A DNA stretch of 64,000 bases. Source: Podarcis filfolensis (lineage: Eukaryota). Each line of letters opens with the position of its first letter. Within the stretch, counting starts at the first letter, position 1. A model generated the notes under the pieces. It searched no databases, was not told where the DNA came from, and was given only the letters and a program-made list of their open reading frames with translations. Of the stretch, positions 53,221 through 64,000 are shown one piece after another. Where the stretch lies: the NCBI GenBank assembly GCA_964270895.1, contig OZ185435.1; one strand, given 5' to 3'. The position numbers were made by a program, and so were the translations under genes.

Positions 53221-54076
53221 GATATTAACCTTATGGACTGATCAATAGGTGGAGTAGCTACATCTCTACTGGACCATAAAACTGGCCCAGTATTGCCGAC
53301 CGGAGCCATTTTATCACAGTCCTGTAATATTTAATGGTTGCCCCGCAGCCCATCATCTCCTGGAATCATAAAGAGTGAAAGCTTTCCTTTCCCACTTTAA
53401 AAAAAAGCCCTACTAATTATGTTTCCACTAGCCCTATAGAGACCATCTAGGAAATGTGTTTGGGGTTTCTGTTAATAGTTTCTTGCTACAGGGGAAGAAA
53501 GCCAAATGTATTATTTGTGGGCATTTTTTCTTTCTTTCTCTTTTTAAGGAATATCAGTAAGCTTGGGCCAGAATACTTGTTTCAGGGCATTCTTCTCATG
53601 GCTTTTTAATGCTTGGGGATGGCAGTCCTCCTTCCTTGTGATGCATGTTTACAGGTGCATTGATGAAAAAGAATATGTCTTGGGAAAAGCAGAGAACACA
53701 GCCACATGGGTGTTATATTGTAAACCTATGAGGCCTGGGAATCAAAATTGGATGTAGCGCAGTGGCCTTCAGCTCCATTCTGGTGACTGATTTGTATTCC
53801 AGAACTTGTGTATCAGAGCCTCAGCCGAGCTCTTGTTCTTTAACCTTTGTCCTCCACAGGGCTTCCTTTCTGCTCCCTTATTATCAACTAGCCTGCCACA
53901 GTGGCTCAGACTTACAGAGAAATACTGTGGGTGGCTGGATTCTTAACCCAATCACTATGATTCTTCAGCTGCATATTGTAGTGATGTTCTAGCAATTTAC
54001 TAGTCTGGGACACTTTCGGAACGAGAAAAAGTCCTTTTATGTTGCTGTCTAGTAGGCAGCATACTAGTTACATAGA

Positions 54077-54420
54077 TAAAGGTAAAGGACCCCTGACAGT
54101 TAAGTCCAGTCGCGAACGACTCTGGAGTTGCGGCACTCATCTCACTTCACTGGCCAAGGGAGCCGACGTTTGTCCGCAGACAGTTTTTCTGGGTCATGTG
54201 GCCAGCATGACTAAGCTGCTTCTGGTGAACCAGAGCAGTGCACAGAAATGCTGTTTAGCTTCCCGTTGGAGAGGTACCTATTTATCTATTTGCACTTTGA
54301 CGTACTGGGTTGGCAGGAGCTGGGACCAAGCAACGGGAGCTCACCCTGTCACGGGGATTTGAACCACTGACTTTCTGATCAGCAAACCCAAGGCTCAGTG
54401 GTTTAGACCACAGCACCACC
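54077..54420 (-). mobile_element. Sauria SINE, third and more decayed copy
   Basis: Same architecture; B box decayed to ggatttgaacc (54355-54365); (ACCTTT)n tail. Confidence 0.9.
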
Positions 54421-56211
54421 AGTATCTACCATTAAGGAATATATAGGGATCCTCACATGCATCTCTTTGGAAACTCACCTTGTTATTATTTCCCCCTCCT
54501 CTTATATCCCTGTGATTATTTCCTTCTCCGCGTCATTTAGTGACCCCAAATAAGGGAGTTCTCTGTTTTAAAAGGCAGTGTTGGGGAGGAGAGAGAAGAT
54601 TCTTTATATAGCCTCAAAGAGATGATACCCTTAGTTTCTAGGCAGTGGCAGCAGCAGCAGCAGCTGGATCCCAAATGATTAATGAGCATATGCTCTGTGT
54701 GTGAGTGAAGATGTGCAAGCACAGAGCGCAGCTAGCTATGGGGACCCTCCAGGGAGAGGTGGGCAGCTCTGGTATGGCGTGGTGGTGGGCGGCTTAGACA
54801 GAGCTGACTGCACAGAGGCAGCAGCTCTTAATGATGCTGATGTCTTAATCATCACAGCTGCACTGGTGGCCCCTGTGTGAAGATATATTGTGCCCCCGCA
54901 TTGCTCTGTTGAACAAAGGAGCTAAAATGCTCAGCTTGACCCCTTGGTGTTTAGTGGGTCTTGGAACCCAAAAGGACCGACTGTGCTAAAAGAAAATGCA
55001 GGGTGCCAGAGCAAGGAAAGTGGAAGAATAAGATTCCCTTTTAACCCATTGACAGCCACATTTCACTCTCGTGGCCTTGCTGCAGCAAAACATGTTGTAA
55101 TAAGAACCTGGATTCCATTAAAAATGAAGATATTTATGATTCTGTGCGTTCCAGTAGAAACAAATCCTTGGCTTAACTTACGTTTCACAGTAGGATTGGT
55201 TGGGAAATTGATTTTCCATCCTGTGTGAAATTTTTTCTTATTTTCTTGTTGCAAAAAAACCAAAAAACAAAATGTGGCTTTGATATTTCCTCTTGAAATG
55301 GTAAGTGCAGGCTAGGGTTGCCTTCCTTCTCACCCCACCCCATCCCAGCAAGACTACCAGTTACTTTAATGGTTGTGCAACAGGCAGAAATTTAGCAGAT
55401 GATGTTTTCCCTGTTACTCCATCCTCATGCTGCAAAAAGTTTCTAAAAACTGCTACATTTCTGACTGATGTACGTACCTCTTTAGGCAAAGAAGCCCGGC
55501 AAGTGGGTTGTTGTTGGTTTGAATATAATACAAGGACTTTAAAGAATAATTTTTTGTAATTTAGAAAGAACAAAAAATAAAATAAAAATCACTTTGGATG
55601 TGGTTTGAAAATGGCGGCAGACGTGCTCTGCATTGGAATCATAATGTTGAAAGAGAAACAGCCTCCCTCCGTTCGGAGCCCTCAGGCAATCTATAACATA
55701 TGTAAAGGATTGTGGCATATATGTACTTTGAAGACTATCTATGGCAGCTCGTTGCTCATGACAAACAAGTTCTTTCTTCCTTTTTGTACTTGTCTGCCCA
55801 TAAGTAGAGTCTGACATTTAGACCCACTTGACCCACATTGTAGAAGCTACTTGCAAATTCTGCTTGTGATGTTGAATCAGGCAATATTCTCCCATGGGGC
55901 AGGAAACCAGCATGGCCTGGGGAGGGGGAGGGGCCACCATGATGGAGGCTAAAATGGTGACAAAAACTATATGTTGTTGTGGGTGCTTTCATAGGTTGCA
56001 GACTGGAGGCCAGGCAAATTGGAGGCCAGGCTCAGTTCCACAGAAGGTAAGAGAGAGGGATACTGGGATACTTACACCCAACATGGTCTCTGGAGCAGAG
56101 TGGAGGAGCCAATGTATCCACTGTTAGCAGCATCCTAAGGATTACTTCTAAACCAGTATGAGAGACTTGGCTGATGGCATTTCTCTCTGTAAGGAGACAA
56201 GTTTCTAGAAT

Positions 56212-56347
56212 AGCAGTAGGGCCAGTGTGGTGCCCTCCAGAGGTTGTTGGACTACAACATCCACCATCCTTGGCTATCATGCTGCCTTGGGCTGATGGGA
56301 TTTGTAGTTCAGCAACATCTGGAGGGCCCCATGGTTGCTGGCCATGC
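56212..56347. mobile_element. About 135-bp hairpin MITE of hAT/Charlie type with 8-bp TSD
   Basis: ggtgccctccaga...actacaac...atctggagggccc inverted structure; TCTAGAAT direct repeats at 56204-56211 and 56348-56355. Confidence 0.75.
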
Positions 56348-58544
56348 TCTAGAATCACTCCCATGGTTTTCTTCTTGGTACAGAATTAAGGATGCAACCC
56401 TAAATACCCTTATGAGAGTAAGTCTTGTTGACTATGCTGTAAGACAAACAACAAAGCAGTAAAAGTGCAGGATGGAAGTTGGCGTGGAAAAGCAAATGTT
56501 ATGAAATTTGCTATTTTGCACTTGACAGAAGTTGCTGCTGTGGCATTTGACAAACGGAAATAACACTGAAGAAGAAGTAAAAAACAAAAAGATTGGGCAG
56601 AATGACTTTGGATGGAGAGCAGGTGTACCCTACTTCACCTCTGCACTCCGAGTGTACAGGTTCATCGCCGCCTGTCACCCTACTGCATGGTTTTGAACAG
56701 CAAGGAACAAGATTTGTAAATTGTTTGAAACAGGGAAACATATATGTCTTAAGAGCTCCTTGCAGGCAAAACAAACTGTGGAGGCTGTGGACTGTTTGGG
56801 TAGCCAACCTCTAGCAAACTTGAGTAATTCTGCAAGCAGGTGAAGGAGGTGCCCCCAAGCTGGCTTTCCTCAACGGTAAAATGCAACCACAAAAATGAGA
56901 CTACTAAAGAAGCCATTCTCTTACAGAAAGAGATGAGTTTGGGCAGGGTGAGGATGATGTGTGCACCTAGGTGTGTTTGCGTGCACGCGTGTGCAGGCCA
57001 AGGATAATTCAGAAAGCCATAAACACCAGTGGCTAGAGGACTGTGCTTTCTGTGGCTTCCCCTATACTTTCCTCCTAGAACTGGCATCTGCTTGATATTG
57101 ATTGGCTGGCAAAATGTCACCCTTGTCCCCACTAATGAGAGGGATGTGTGGGTGGCAGTATGTGGGGGGAGCAGGAGAGGCTATATAACCTGAAAACAAA
57201 ATGATCTTTCCTGGCTGCTTTGATCACTCAGCTCCCTGCCAGGTAGGATCCTGGATGGCAATAGCACTGATGGGAAGATTTGCTGCTGCTGCTGTTCTGG
57301 CTGTCTCTACAAGGCAGGGGATGACGATGTTTTCACTGAGGGGGTCCAGGAAGTTTGTTGTCATTGCCTTTGTCACACAGTGAGCCTGAGGTGGTTCTGG
57401 GCTGAGCACAGACAGCTTTTTTTGCTGTCAAAACAGAGGCCGATTTTGTGATATAATTTTTGCCTTTCTTTCTGCCCGTGTATGCGTGCTTGCTTTTCTT
57501 TGTGGTCTCATACTGTGCAGCCTGAGTTGCATACAATAACAGCCAGTGAAAGGTTTGAGCTGAAAATATAGCTATTTCTGCCATCATCTCTACAGCTGCA
57601 TGGGGATGTGTAATCATGCAAAGGTCTTTGGGGTGGGGGCAGGGGGAAGAAGCTCTGTCGTATAAAGGTTTGTGTGAGTGTATGTGAGTGCAAATTCGCA
57701 CACATTATTCAATATTTGCTCAGCAACTCTGTGCACAGCTCAGGATGCTTGGGAGGGGGAGCTGTGTGCTCATGAGATGGCAAGGGATCTTGCTGCACTG
57801 ACTTTCTCAGAGGGCAGAAAGTGATTCTGGACACAATGGGGGAAAGGACGCAACAAAGAACTCCAGCAGTGCTAGGCAGCAGAACAAAACGGTTGCTTTA
57901 AAACACCACAACATGTGAAAATTGGCCTATGGCATGCTCTGGAAATAGCCATGTATTTGCAGGCTGACATCTGAAATATCAGCAAGGCCTTCTTCTCTGT
58001 ACAGGGCAATTCTTATACCTATATGATGTATAACTATGGCAAAGGATAAGAAGGTAGTTTTGCTTTTGAAAGGGGATGGAAACATAATCAGGCCTGTGGA
58101 ATTCATTTGTCCTTCAGCTGTACATACTAGCCCACAATGAAAGCAACAGTGGTTGCGGGACCAGGTAGTGAGCATGACTGGAATCATCCTACACAGGCCT
58201 TTTCAAGGAACCCACTTCATCCAGCCTCTACATTTCCACTTAGCCTGAAACCATGGATTTCCCCCTCTCTGTTCATAGTATGCATATCATGATTTTCTCT
58301 CTCTTTTATAAGTTCATTTTTTTAAACCACCAAAGTGCATCCATTTAGAATAGGCCAAACACTCAAATCTCATACAAATTGTTTATCTCATAAAAGCTTG
58401 CTGGAATAGTAAAGCCTTTAACCTCTTTTTAAATATCTGCAATGATGAACTTTGGTAAGCTTGTCTGGATGCTTTTAACCTATGTCCATAATGCTTATTG
58501 GAATGGGGCAGGAACACAGTATTAGCATTTTTGGTACTCCAGGT

Positions 58545-58682
58545 CAGCCTTCCCTAACCTGATGCCTTCCATATGTTTTGGACCTCAGCTCTCATCATCC
58601 CTGACCATTGACCATGCTTGCTGCAGCTGATGGGAGCTGGAGTCCAGCAACATATGGAGGGCACCATTGCTGGGGGAAACCA
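58545..58682. mobile_element. Hairpin MITE, same family as 56212-56347
   Basis: aacctgatgccttccatatgttttgga...catcatccctgaccattg...ctgatgggagctggagtccagcaacatatggagggcacc. Confidence 0.7.
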
Positions 58683-59755
58683 AACTAAGTGACACACACT
58701 GCTAAACAATGGAGCTCCTGGGCCTTTCCCCTCTTTTCCTGCTCCTCGGCCTCTCCTCTCTTCCTGCCCAGCATTCTTTCACATACTGATTTCCAATGAA
58801 GAACTGTGCAACCACTTGCCTGCTTCTGAGCCTCTCACCTTGTATACCTTGGGCACTCTGTAAGCCATGCAGGGGTGCCAACTTGAATAAAATATGGGGG
58901 GCAGGTAAGCCCTTCCCCACATAATCAGTCACATGATGCAGCACATACACACACCATTTGAATAGCAATGGCCTAGAAAAGGTGTCATTCCTATGTACTG
59001 GTACCCTAGGTTCCCTTTCAGTACAGTGCTTGCAAGAGATGGTAAGAGGAATTGCTAAGGAGTCTGCAGGGGCTGAGTTCATGCACAGCATATTCCTCAA
59101 ACACATTTGATTTAGGAGGGTTTCTTTCCCATCTCTCCCATATTACTCCACCTCCTGGTTTCCACATCTGTTTAAAAAGCTCATTGAGCTTGAACCCAAA
59201 CATTGTTTCTGCTGCTGCAGCTGAAGGCCAAGAAAAGAAACAGGGTATGTTGCAGGTGTGGGTAACTCTGCCAGTTATAACCAAGTCTGTTGCAACCCCG
59301 CTGGGGAAGAGGGTAAAGCTAGGTCAGCATAGCTTCATCAATCACTGGAGTGCATTTGGCACAACTTCAGCCAAGGCCTTCCCTTCCCTCACATCCCCTG
59401 CTTTCATAGCAGACGGGGTGAGAAAAGTGCAGACTTGACTTTTTGATTGTGCATGTGCTGTCCTTTGGCTTTTCTCAGAGGCCCTGGATAATAGTGTGCG
59501 GTGGTTCTGTTTTCCTTGTACAATGTCACGGATCCTCTTGAGTATTGTCATTTTGTTTCAACAGCATGTACTTATTTTTAATGGAAGGAGAATTACCGTA
59601 GGGTGGGGGAGTCTGAATGTGGGTGCTTCTGTCAGTATCAAACTGAGGCATTTCAAACATAATACGTTCCTTTCTGTAGTGCTGAAAGGTTAGGAAGACG
59701 TACTGCTACTCCTTCAAGCTCCCTCCTTGTTACAGGGATGCATAGGGGCAAACAA

Positions 59756-59779
59756 TGTGTGTGTGTGTGTGTGTGTGTG
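59756..59779. repeat. (TG)n microsatellite
   Basis: Direct inspection. Confidence 0.9.
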
Positions 59780-61168
59780 ATGTTTAAAACTTTAATTGGA
59801 TTTTTAAACATTTAACTCAGATTTTTGGAATTTATTTTTTATAATGAATTAAATGACCTACTGGTTTCCTGTCTGCTAGTGGGCCAAGTTCAAGGTTCTT
59901 GTATTGGTAAAAGCCCTGAATAACAAAATCTAGGATACTGAGATAATCTGGGGGGAGCACTATTAGTGGTCCCCCATGGACCAGAAGCATGACTCATGCA
60001 TTCAGTATTGTGAGCCCAACTCCACAGAATGTACTCCATTTGTACTTTTCATATTCTTCTGTAAGCCACTTTGAAACATTTGATGAAAAGTGCCATACAA
60101 ATCTGTTTTTTAAAAAATTGCCTAGGTCCAATGAGAGTTCCTATCCCTGGGTGATTTTGGTTAGAGTTGGTGAGGAAGTTAAAGGAAGGTCAGTGCGGAA
60201 AGTTCCCCCAACATTACTGCTGTGGAAGGTATTGTATTGAAGACAGATCTGGGTTCCAGCTCCAGAGAGGCTAATTCTGCTGAGTGTTGTCACAGAGCTG
60301 TATGTCAGATGGTTGATTTGCCATGTACTATTGGACAGCTGATTATCCTACATGCTGAATTAATAAATCCATGTTGTCAGTTTTCATCATGGCTGCCTGC
60401 CTTCAGACCAGGCATTATTTAAAGAGACATGCACTGCAGATAGATGCCACACTTGAACATGTTGGCTTTCTGATTGGTGGCTAAAACGAAAATAGTTGAA
60501 TGTAATGATGTATTAAGTAGTGATTCTGAGCTGGGACAGCTGTGTAAGTAAGGCTAGAAATGCTAAACAAAAGCAGAATTTATTATAATTTGTTTTTATA
60601 AAATTACATTTTCATGCATAGGGGTTGTGCTGCTTCACTAGCAATGGAGCTTTGTTATGGTGAACTTTCCTTATTCCAATATATCAGAAGCAAGCATCAT
60701 AGACCCATAACATGTATGGAGGAAGTCTCCTACTTCAGATTATGTTTCCCCTCCTATGCTTTTTCAGTTGATTAAGTGATTCCTCAAATGCATGTTGATC
60801 ATCAACTCAAACATGGCTTGAATCGTTTGTAAATTCCCATGATGTGACAAAGAGTCATCTAATGGTGGGTTGAGGGGGGAGGGATAAATGGCCTTTCCCT
60901 GGCATTTACAATACTCAGAGATAGTGCTTGGAATTCCAAGCAAAGACCTATTAATTGTATTGGGGCCCTCTGTTCCTTTCTTAGTACCAGCTCAAGGGCC
61001 TTGTGATTAAATCAGTTGCTGTGCAAGTTGGCCATGAACTGGAGGAGGAGGGTGTGGGAACTAAAATTTGTATCTCAGTACTTAGGCTAATGCTGGCAAT
61101 TTCAAATTTACTTTTGCACTCCCTGGCCTGAGTGATTGGAAATGTTGCCCAGTTCCCCCATCCCTTCC

Positions 61169-64000
61169 TTTTTTTTTTTTTTTAAATTCTTTTTATTGAG
61201 CTCTTTTTTACAACAGAGAAAAAAAAAAAAAAAAAAGAACAACACAAAAAACATACAACACAGTAAAACAAAACTCATAACAACCCATACAGAAAAAAGA
61301 AACAAACTCCGAACATCATAACAATGAGTGACTTCCCTCCATCTCAGTTTTGAGCTATATCACCACATTATCTTTCTGCGGTATTTTTTATCGCCTTTAT
61401 CTTTACTTCGCAGGTTTTATATTTCACCTACTGTGATTTTGTTGTATCCTAAATTTGTTTCTATGTATGTTACGAATTTGTTCCAGTCCTTAGTAAATTT
61501 TACATTTTTTTGATGCCTGATTTTTTGTGTCATCCTAGCTAGTTCTATATACTCAAATAGCTTAATTTGCCATTCTCTAACAGTTGGGATATTAGAGGTT
61601 TTCCAATTTTGCGCTAGCAATATCCTGGCAGCTACCGTTGCGTATTGAAACATAGTTTGGTCTTCTTTCCTAATCTCCTCTCCGACCATTCCTAAAAGAA
61701 AGGCTTCGGGTTTTTTTGGAAAGGTATATTTCAGGATTTTTTTTAATTCATCATAAATAAGTCCCCAAAACCTTTTCACTTCTTCACAAGCCCACCACAT
61801 ATGATGGAAATCACCTTCTTTTGTTTTGCATTTCCAGCATGTTTTGTCCCCTGTCTTATACATTTTTTCCAATTTCACGGGAGTGATGTACCATCTGTAC
61901 ATCATTTTTTCCATGTTTTCTCGGAGTCCAACACATGCTGTAAATTTCATATCCTTATTCCAAAGTTTAGCCCACCTATCGTAATCTAGGTTATATCCCA
62001 AGTCTATAGCCCATTTAATCATAACTTCCTTTATCTCTTCATCTTTGGTGTCCCATTCTAATAATTGATTGTACATTTTAGATAGGAGTTTGGAGTTTCC
62101 TTCTAGTATTTCCACCTGGTATCTAGACTTTTTCTCATTCATCCCTGTTTTTTTATGTTCATTCCATAAAGCGTTAATTTGGTGGAATTGTAGCCAACCC
62201 AATAATTTATCCTTTAAGTCTTCATATGTCTTAATTTTCCACCCTTTATCTGTTCTTACCAGGAGGTCTTCATAGGTCCATCTTTGGCTTTCCATGTTTA
62301 GTTTTTTAATGGTTAGGATATCAATTGGTGATAACCACCAAGGGGTGTCTTTTTCTAACAATCTTTTATTTCTGTTCCATACCTCGAGTAACGCACCTCT
62401 AATAATGTGGTCAGAGAATCCTTTATGTACCCTCTCTTTATCTTGCCATAGATATGCATGCCAGCCAAATCTGGTGTTAAATCCCTCTAAGTCCAACAAG
62501 TCTGTATTTTCCAAAATGACCCACTCCTTGATCCAGCACAAACACGAGGCCTCGTAGTATAATTTCAAGTTCGGGACAGCAAACCCTCCTCTCTCTCTTC
62601 TGTCTGTGAGTAATTTAAACTTAATTCTTGCTCTTTTGCCCTGCCAAATAAATCTGGAAAGTGTTTTCTGCCAATCTTTAAACATTGTCGTACCTCTAAT
62701 CACCGGGATGTTCTGAAATAGAAACAGCAGTCTTGGAAGGATGTTCATCTTAATTGCGGCCATTCTGCCCGACCAGGAGAGTTTTATCCTGTTCCAGGTG
62801 TCTAAATCTTTTTTAATTTCTCTCCAGGTCCTCATATAATTATCTTCTACTAGGTTTATATTTTTTGTAGAGACCCAAATACCCAGATACTTCACCTTTT
62901 TCACCACCTTAATTCCTGATTGTAACTCTAACTGATTTCTTAAATCTTCTGCCAAATTCTTTGTCAGCATCTTGGTTTTGACCTTATTTAGCTTGAAACC
63001 AGACAGTTTCCCAAATTCTTCTAATAATTCTAAGACTTTACTGATATTTTTCACTGGATCTTCTAATGATATTACCAAATCATCTGCGTAAGCCTTTAAT
63101 TTATATTCTTTTGTTCCAATTCTGATTCCTCTTATTTCTGAGGTTTCCCTTATTTTATTTGCAATTACTTCCAACACCATAATAAATAATAAAGGGGACA
63201 GAGGGCACCCCTGTCTTGTACCCTTCGAAATCATAAACGGGTTAGTTAGATTATTATTAATGATTAAGTTAGCCCTTTGGCTTGAATAAATCGCTTTTAT
63301 GCCTTCCATAAAAGGCCCCTCTATTCCTATCCTCTCCATGCATTTTAATAAGAACTGCCAGGATACATTGTCGAAAGCCTTCTCCGCGTCGACAAAGACT
63401 AATGCCGCGGGAATTTCATTCTTGAGTTCCAAATATTCAATAATATTTATTATGTGCCTTACATTGTCTTTTAGTTGTCTGTTAGGGAGGAATCCAGCTT
63501 GATCTTTATGAATGTATTTTATTAAATATTTCTTGAGTCTATTCGCCATTATTTCTGCAAAGATTTTGTAATCATTATTGAGCAGTGATATCGGTCTATA
63601 ATTTCTTATGTCCAGTTTATCAGAATCTGGTTTGGGTATTAACGTGATGTGTGCCTCTTTCCAGGAGTCAGGTATCCTCCCTCCTTGTAGAATATTATTC
63701 ATCACGTCACATAAAACCGGGGTCAAATATTCTTCCAAAACTTTGTAGTACTTTTGTGACAAACCGTCTGGACCTGGTGCTTTCCCTGGTTTCATCTTCT
63801 TAATTGCTTCCTTAATCTCGTCTGCTGTTATTAATTTGTTTAGGTAAGCTTTCTCTTCATCCATCAGGTGTTTTCCTCCATTCCTTTCCAGATATTTTTC
63901 TATTTCTACTATATTCTCGTCTTCCTTTTTATATAGGTTTTCATAGAATTGAAGGAACCTTTCCTTTATTTCATTGGGGTCTTCTACTATCCGATCTTCT
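61169..64000 (-). mobile_element. Young LINE-1 (L1 clade) retrotransposon, 3' 2.8 kb; 5' end outside the window
   Basis: Poly(A) tail (poly-T 61169-61183 on +), AATAAA on the minus strand at 61192-61197, U-rich 3'UTR and uninterrupted ORF2. Confidence 0.97.
61417..63999 (-). CDS. L1 ORF2p (reverse transcriptase plus C-terminal Cys-rich domain), N-terminally incomplete
   Basis: RT motifs GKAPGPDG, YRPISLLN, DQAGF, DAEKAFD, GTRQGCPLSPLLF, YADD, YLGI and zinc knuckle CWKC-x8-H-x4-C. I translated 63865-63999 by hand and the frame stays open (EDRIVEDPNEIKERFLQFYENLY...), so the track's Met at 63864 is not the real start. Confidence 0.97.
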   Translation of the reverse strand, partial: EDRIVEDPNEIKERFLQFYENLYKKEDENIVEIEKYLERNGGKHLMDEEKAYLNKLITADEIKEAIKKMKPGKAPGPDGLSQKYYKVLEEYLTPVLCDVMNNILQGGRIPDSWKEAHITLIPKPDSDKLDIRNYRPISLLNNDYKIFAEIMANRLKKYLIKYIHKDQAGFLPNRQLKDNVRHIINIIEYLELKNEIPAALVFVDAEKAFDNVSWQFLLKCMERIGIEGPFMEGIKAIYSSQRANLIINNNLTNPFMISKGTRQGCPLSPLLFIMVLEVIANKIRETSEIRGIRIGTKEYKLKAYADDLVISLEDPVKNISKVLELLEEFGKLSGFKLNKVKTKMLTKNLAEDLRNQLELQSGIKVVKKVKYLGIWVSTKNINLVEDNYMRTWREIKKDLDTWNRIKLSWSGRMAAIKMNILPRLLFLFQNIPVIRGTTMFKDWQKTLSRFIWQGKRARIKFKLLTDRRERGGFAVPNLKLYYEASCLCWIKEWVILENTDLLDLEGFNTRFGWHAYLWQDKERVHKGFSDHIIRGALLEVWNRNKRLLEKDTPWWLSPIDILTIKKLNMESQRWTYEDLLVRTDKGWKIKTYEDLKDKLLGWLQFHQINALWNEHKKTGMNEKKSRYQVEILEGNSKLLSKMYNQLLEWDTKDEEIKEVMIKWAIDLGYNLDYDRWAKLWNKDMKFTACVGLRENMEKMMYRWYITPVKLEKMYKTGDKTCWKCKTKEGDFHHMWWACEEVKRFWGLIYDELKKILKYTFPKKPEAFLLGMVGEEIRKEDQTMFQYATVAARILLAQNWKTSNIPTVREWQIKLFEYIELARMTQKIRHQKNVKFTKDWNKFVTYIETNLGYNKITVGEI

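Noticed and set aside
58702-59438. Overlapping ORFs of 134, 88 and 128 aa
   Set aside because: No homology recognised; opposing frames with no coding signature.

Overview
Vertebrate genomic DNA, almost certainly a squamate and probably a lacertid lizard (inferred from Sauria SINEs and lizard-type L1, CR1, L2 and MITE families). The window is intronic sequence of the large neuronal kinase gene BRSK2 (SAD-A) on the + strand. It holds one host coding exon (10665-10759, [32 protein letters not shown]). The next exon (VEREIAILKLIEHPHV...) was not found, so the following intron exceeds 53 kb. The rest is layered with mobile DNA: an uninterrupted antisense L1 ORF2 running off the right edge, a 5'-truncated L1 of another lineage inserted at the end of a Tc1/mariner MITE, three antisense Sauria SINEs, CR1/L2/MIR remnants, hAT-type hairpin MITEs and two solo-LTR-like segments. 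The most unusual structure is at 43042-43364: a Penelope-like inverted-repeat insertion with a perfect 12-bp target duplication, carrying a decayed minimal hammerhead ribozyme and sitting in the loop of an older hairpin element. Other leads are speculative splicing signals (candidate poison exon, microexon, AG|GT ratchet-like sites) and an 11-nt motif shared by the two L1 3'UTRs. I found no convincing new protein-coding system; nearly all short ORFs in the track look like noise. Repeat family names come from recalled consensus sequences, not a database search.
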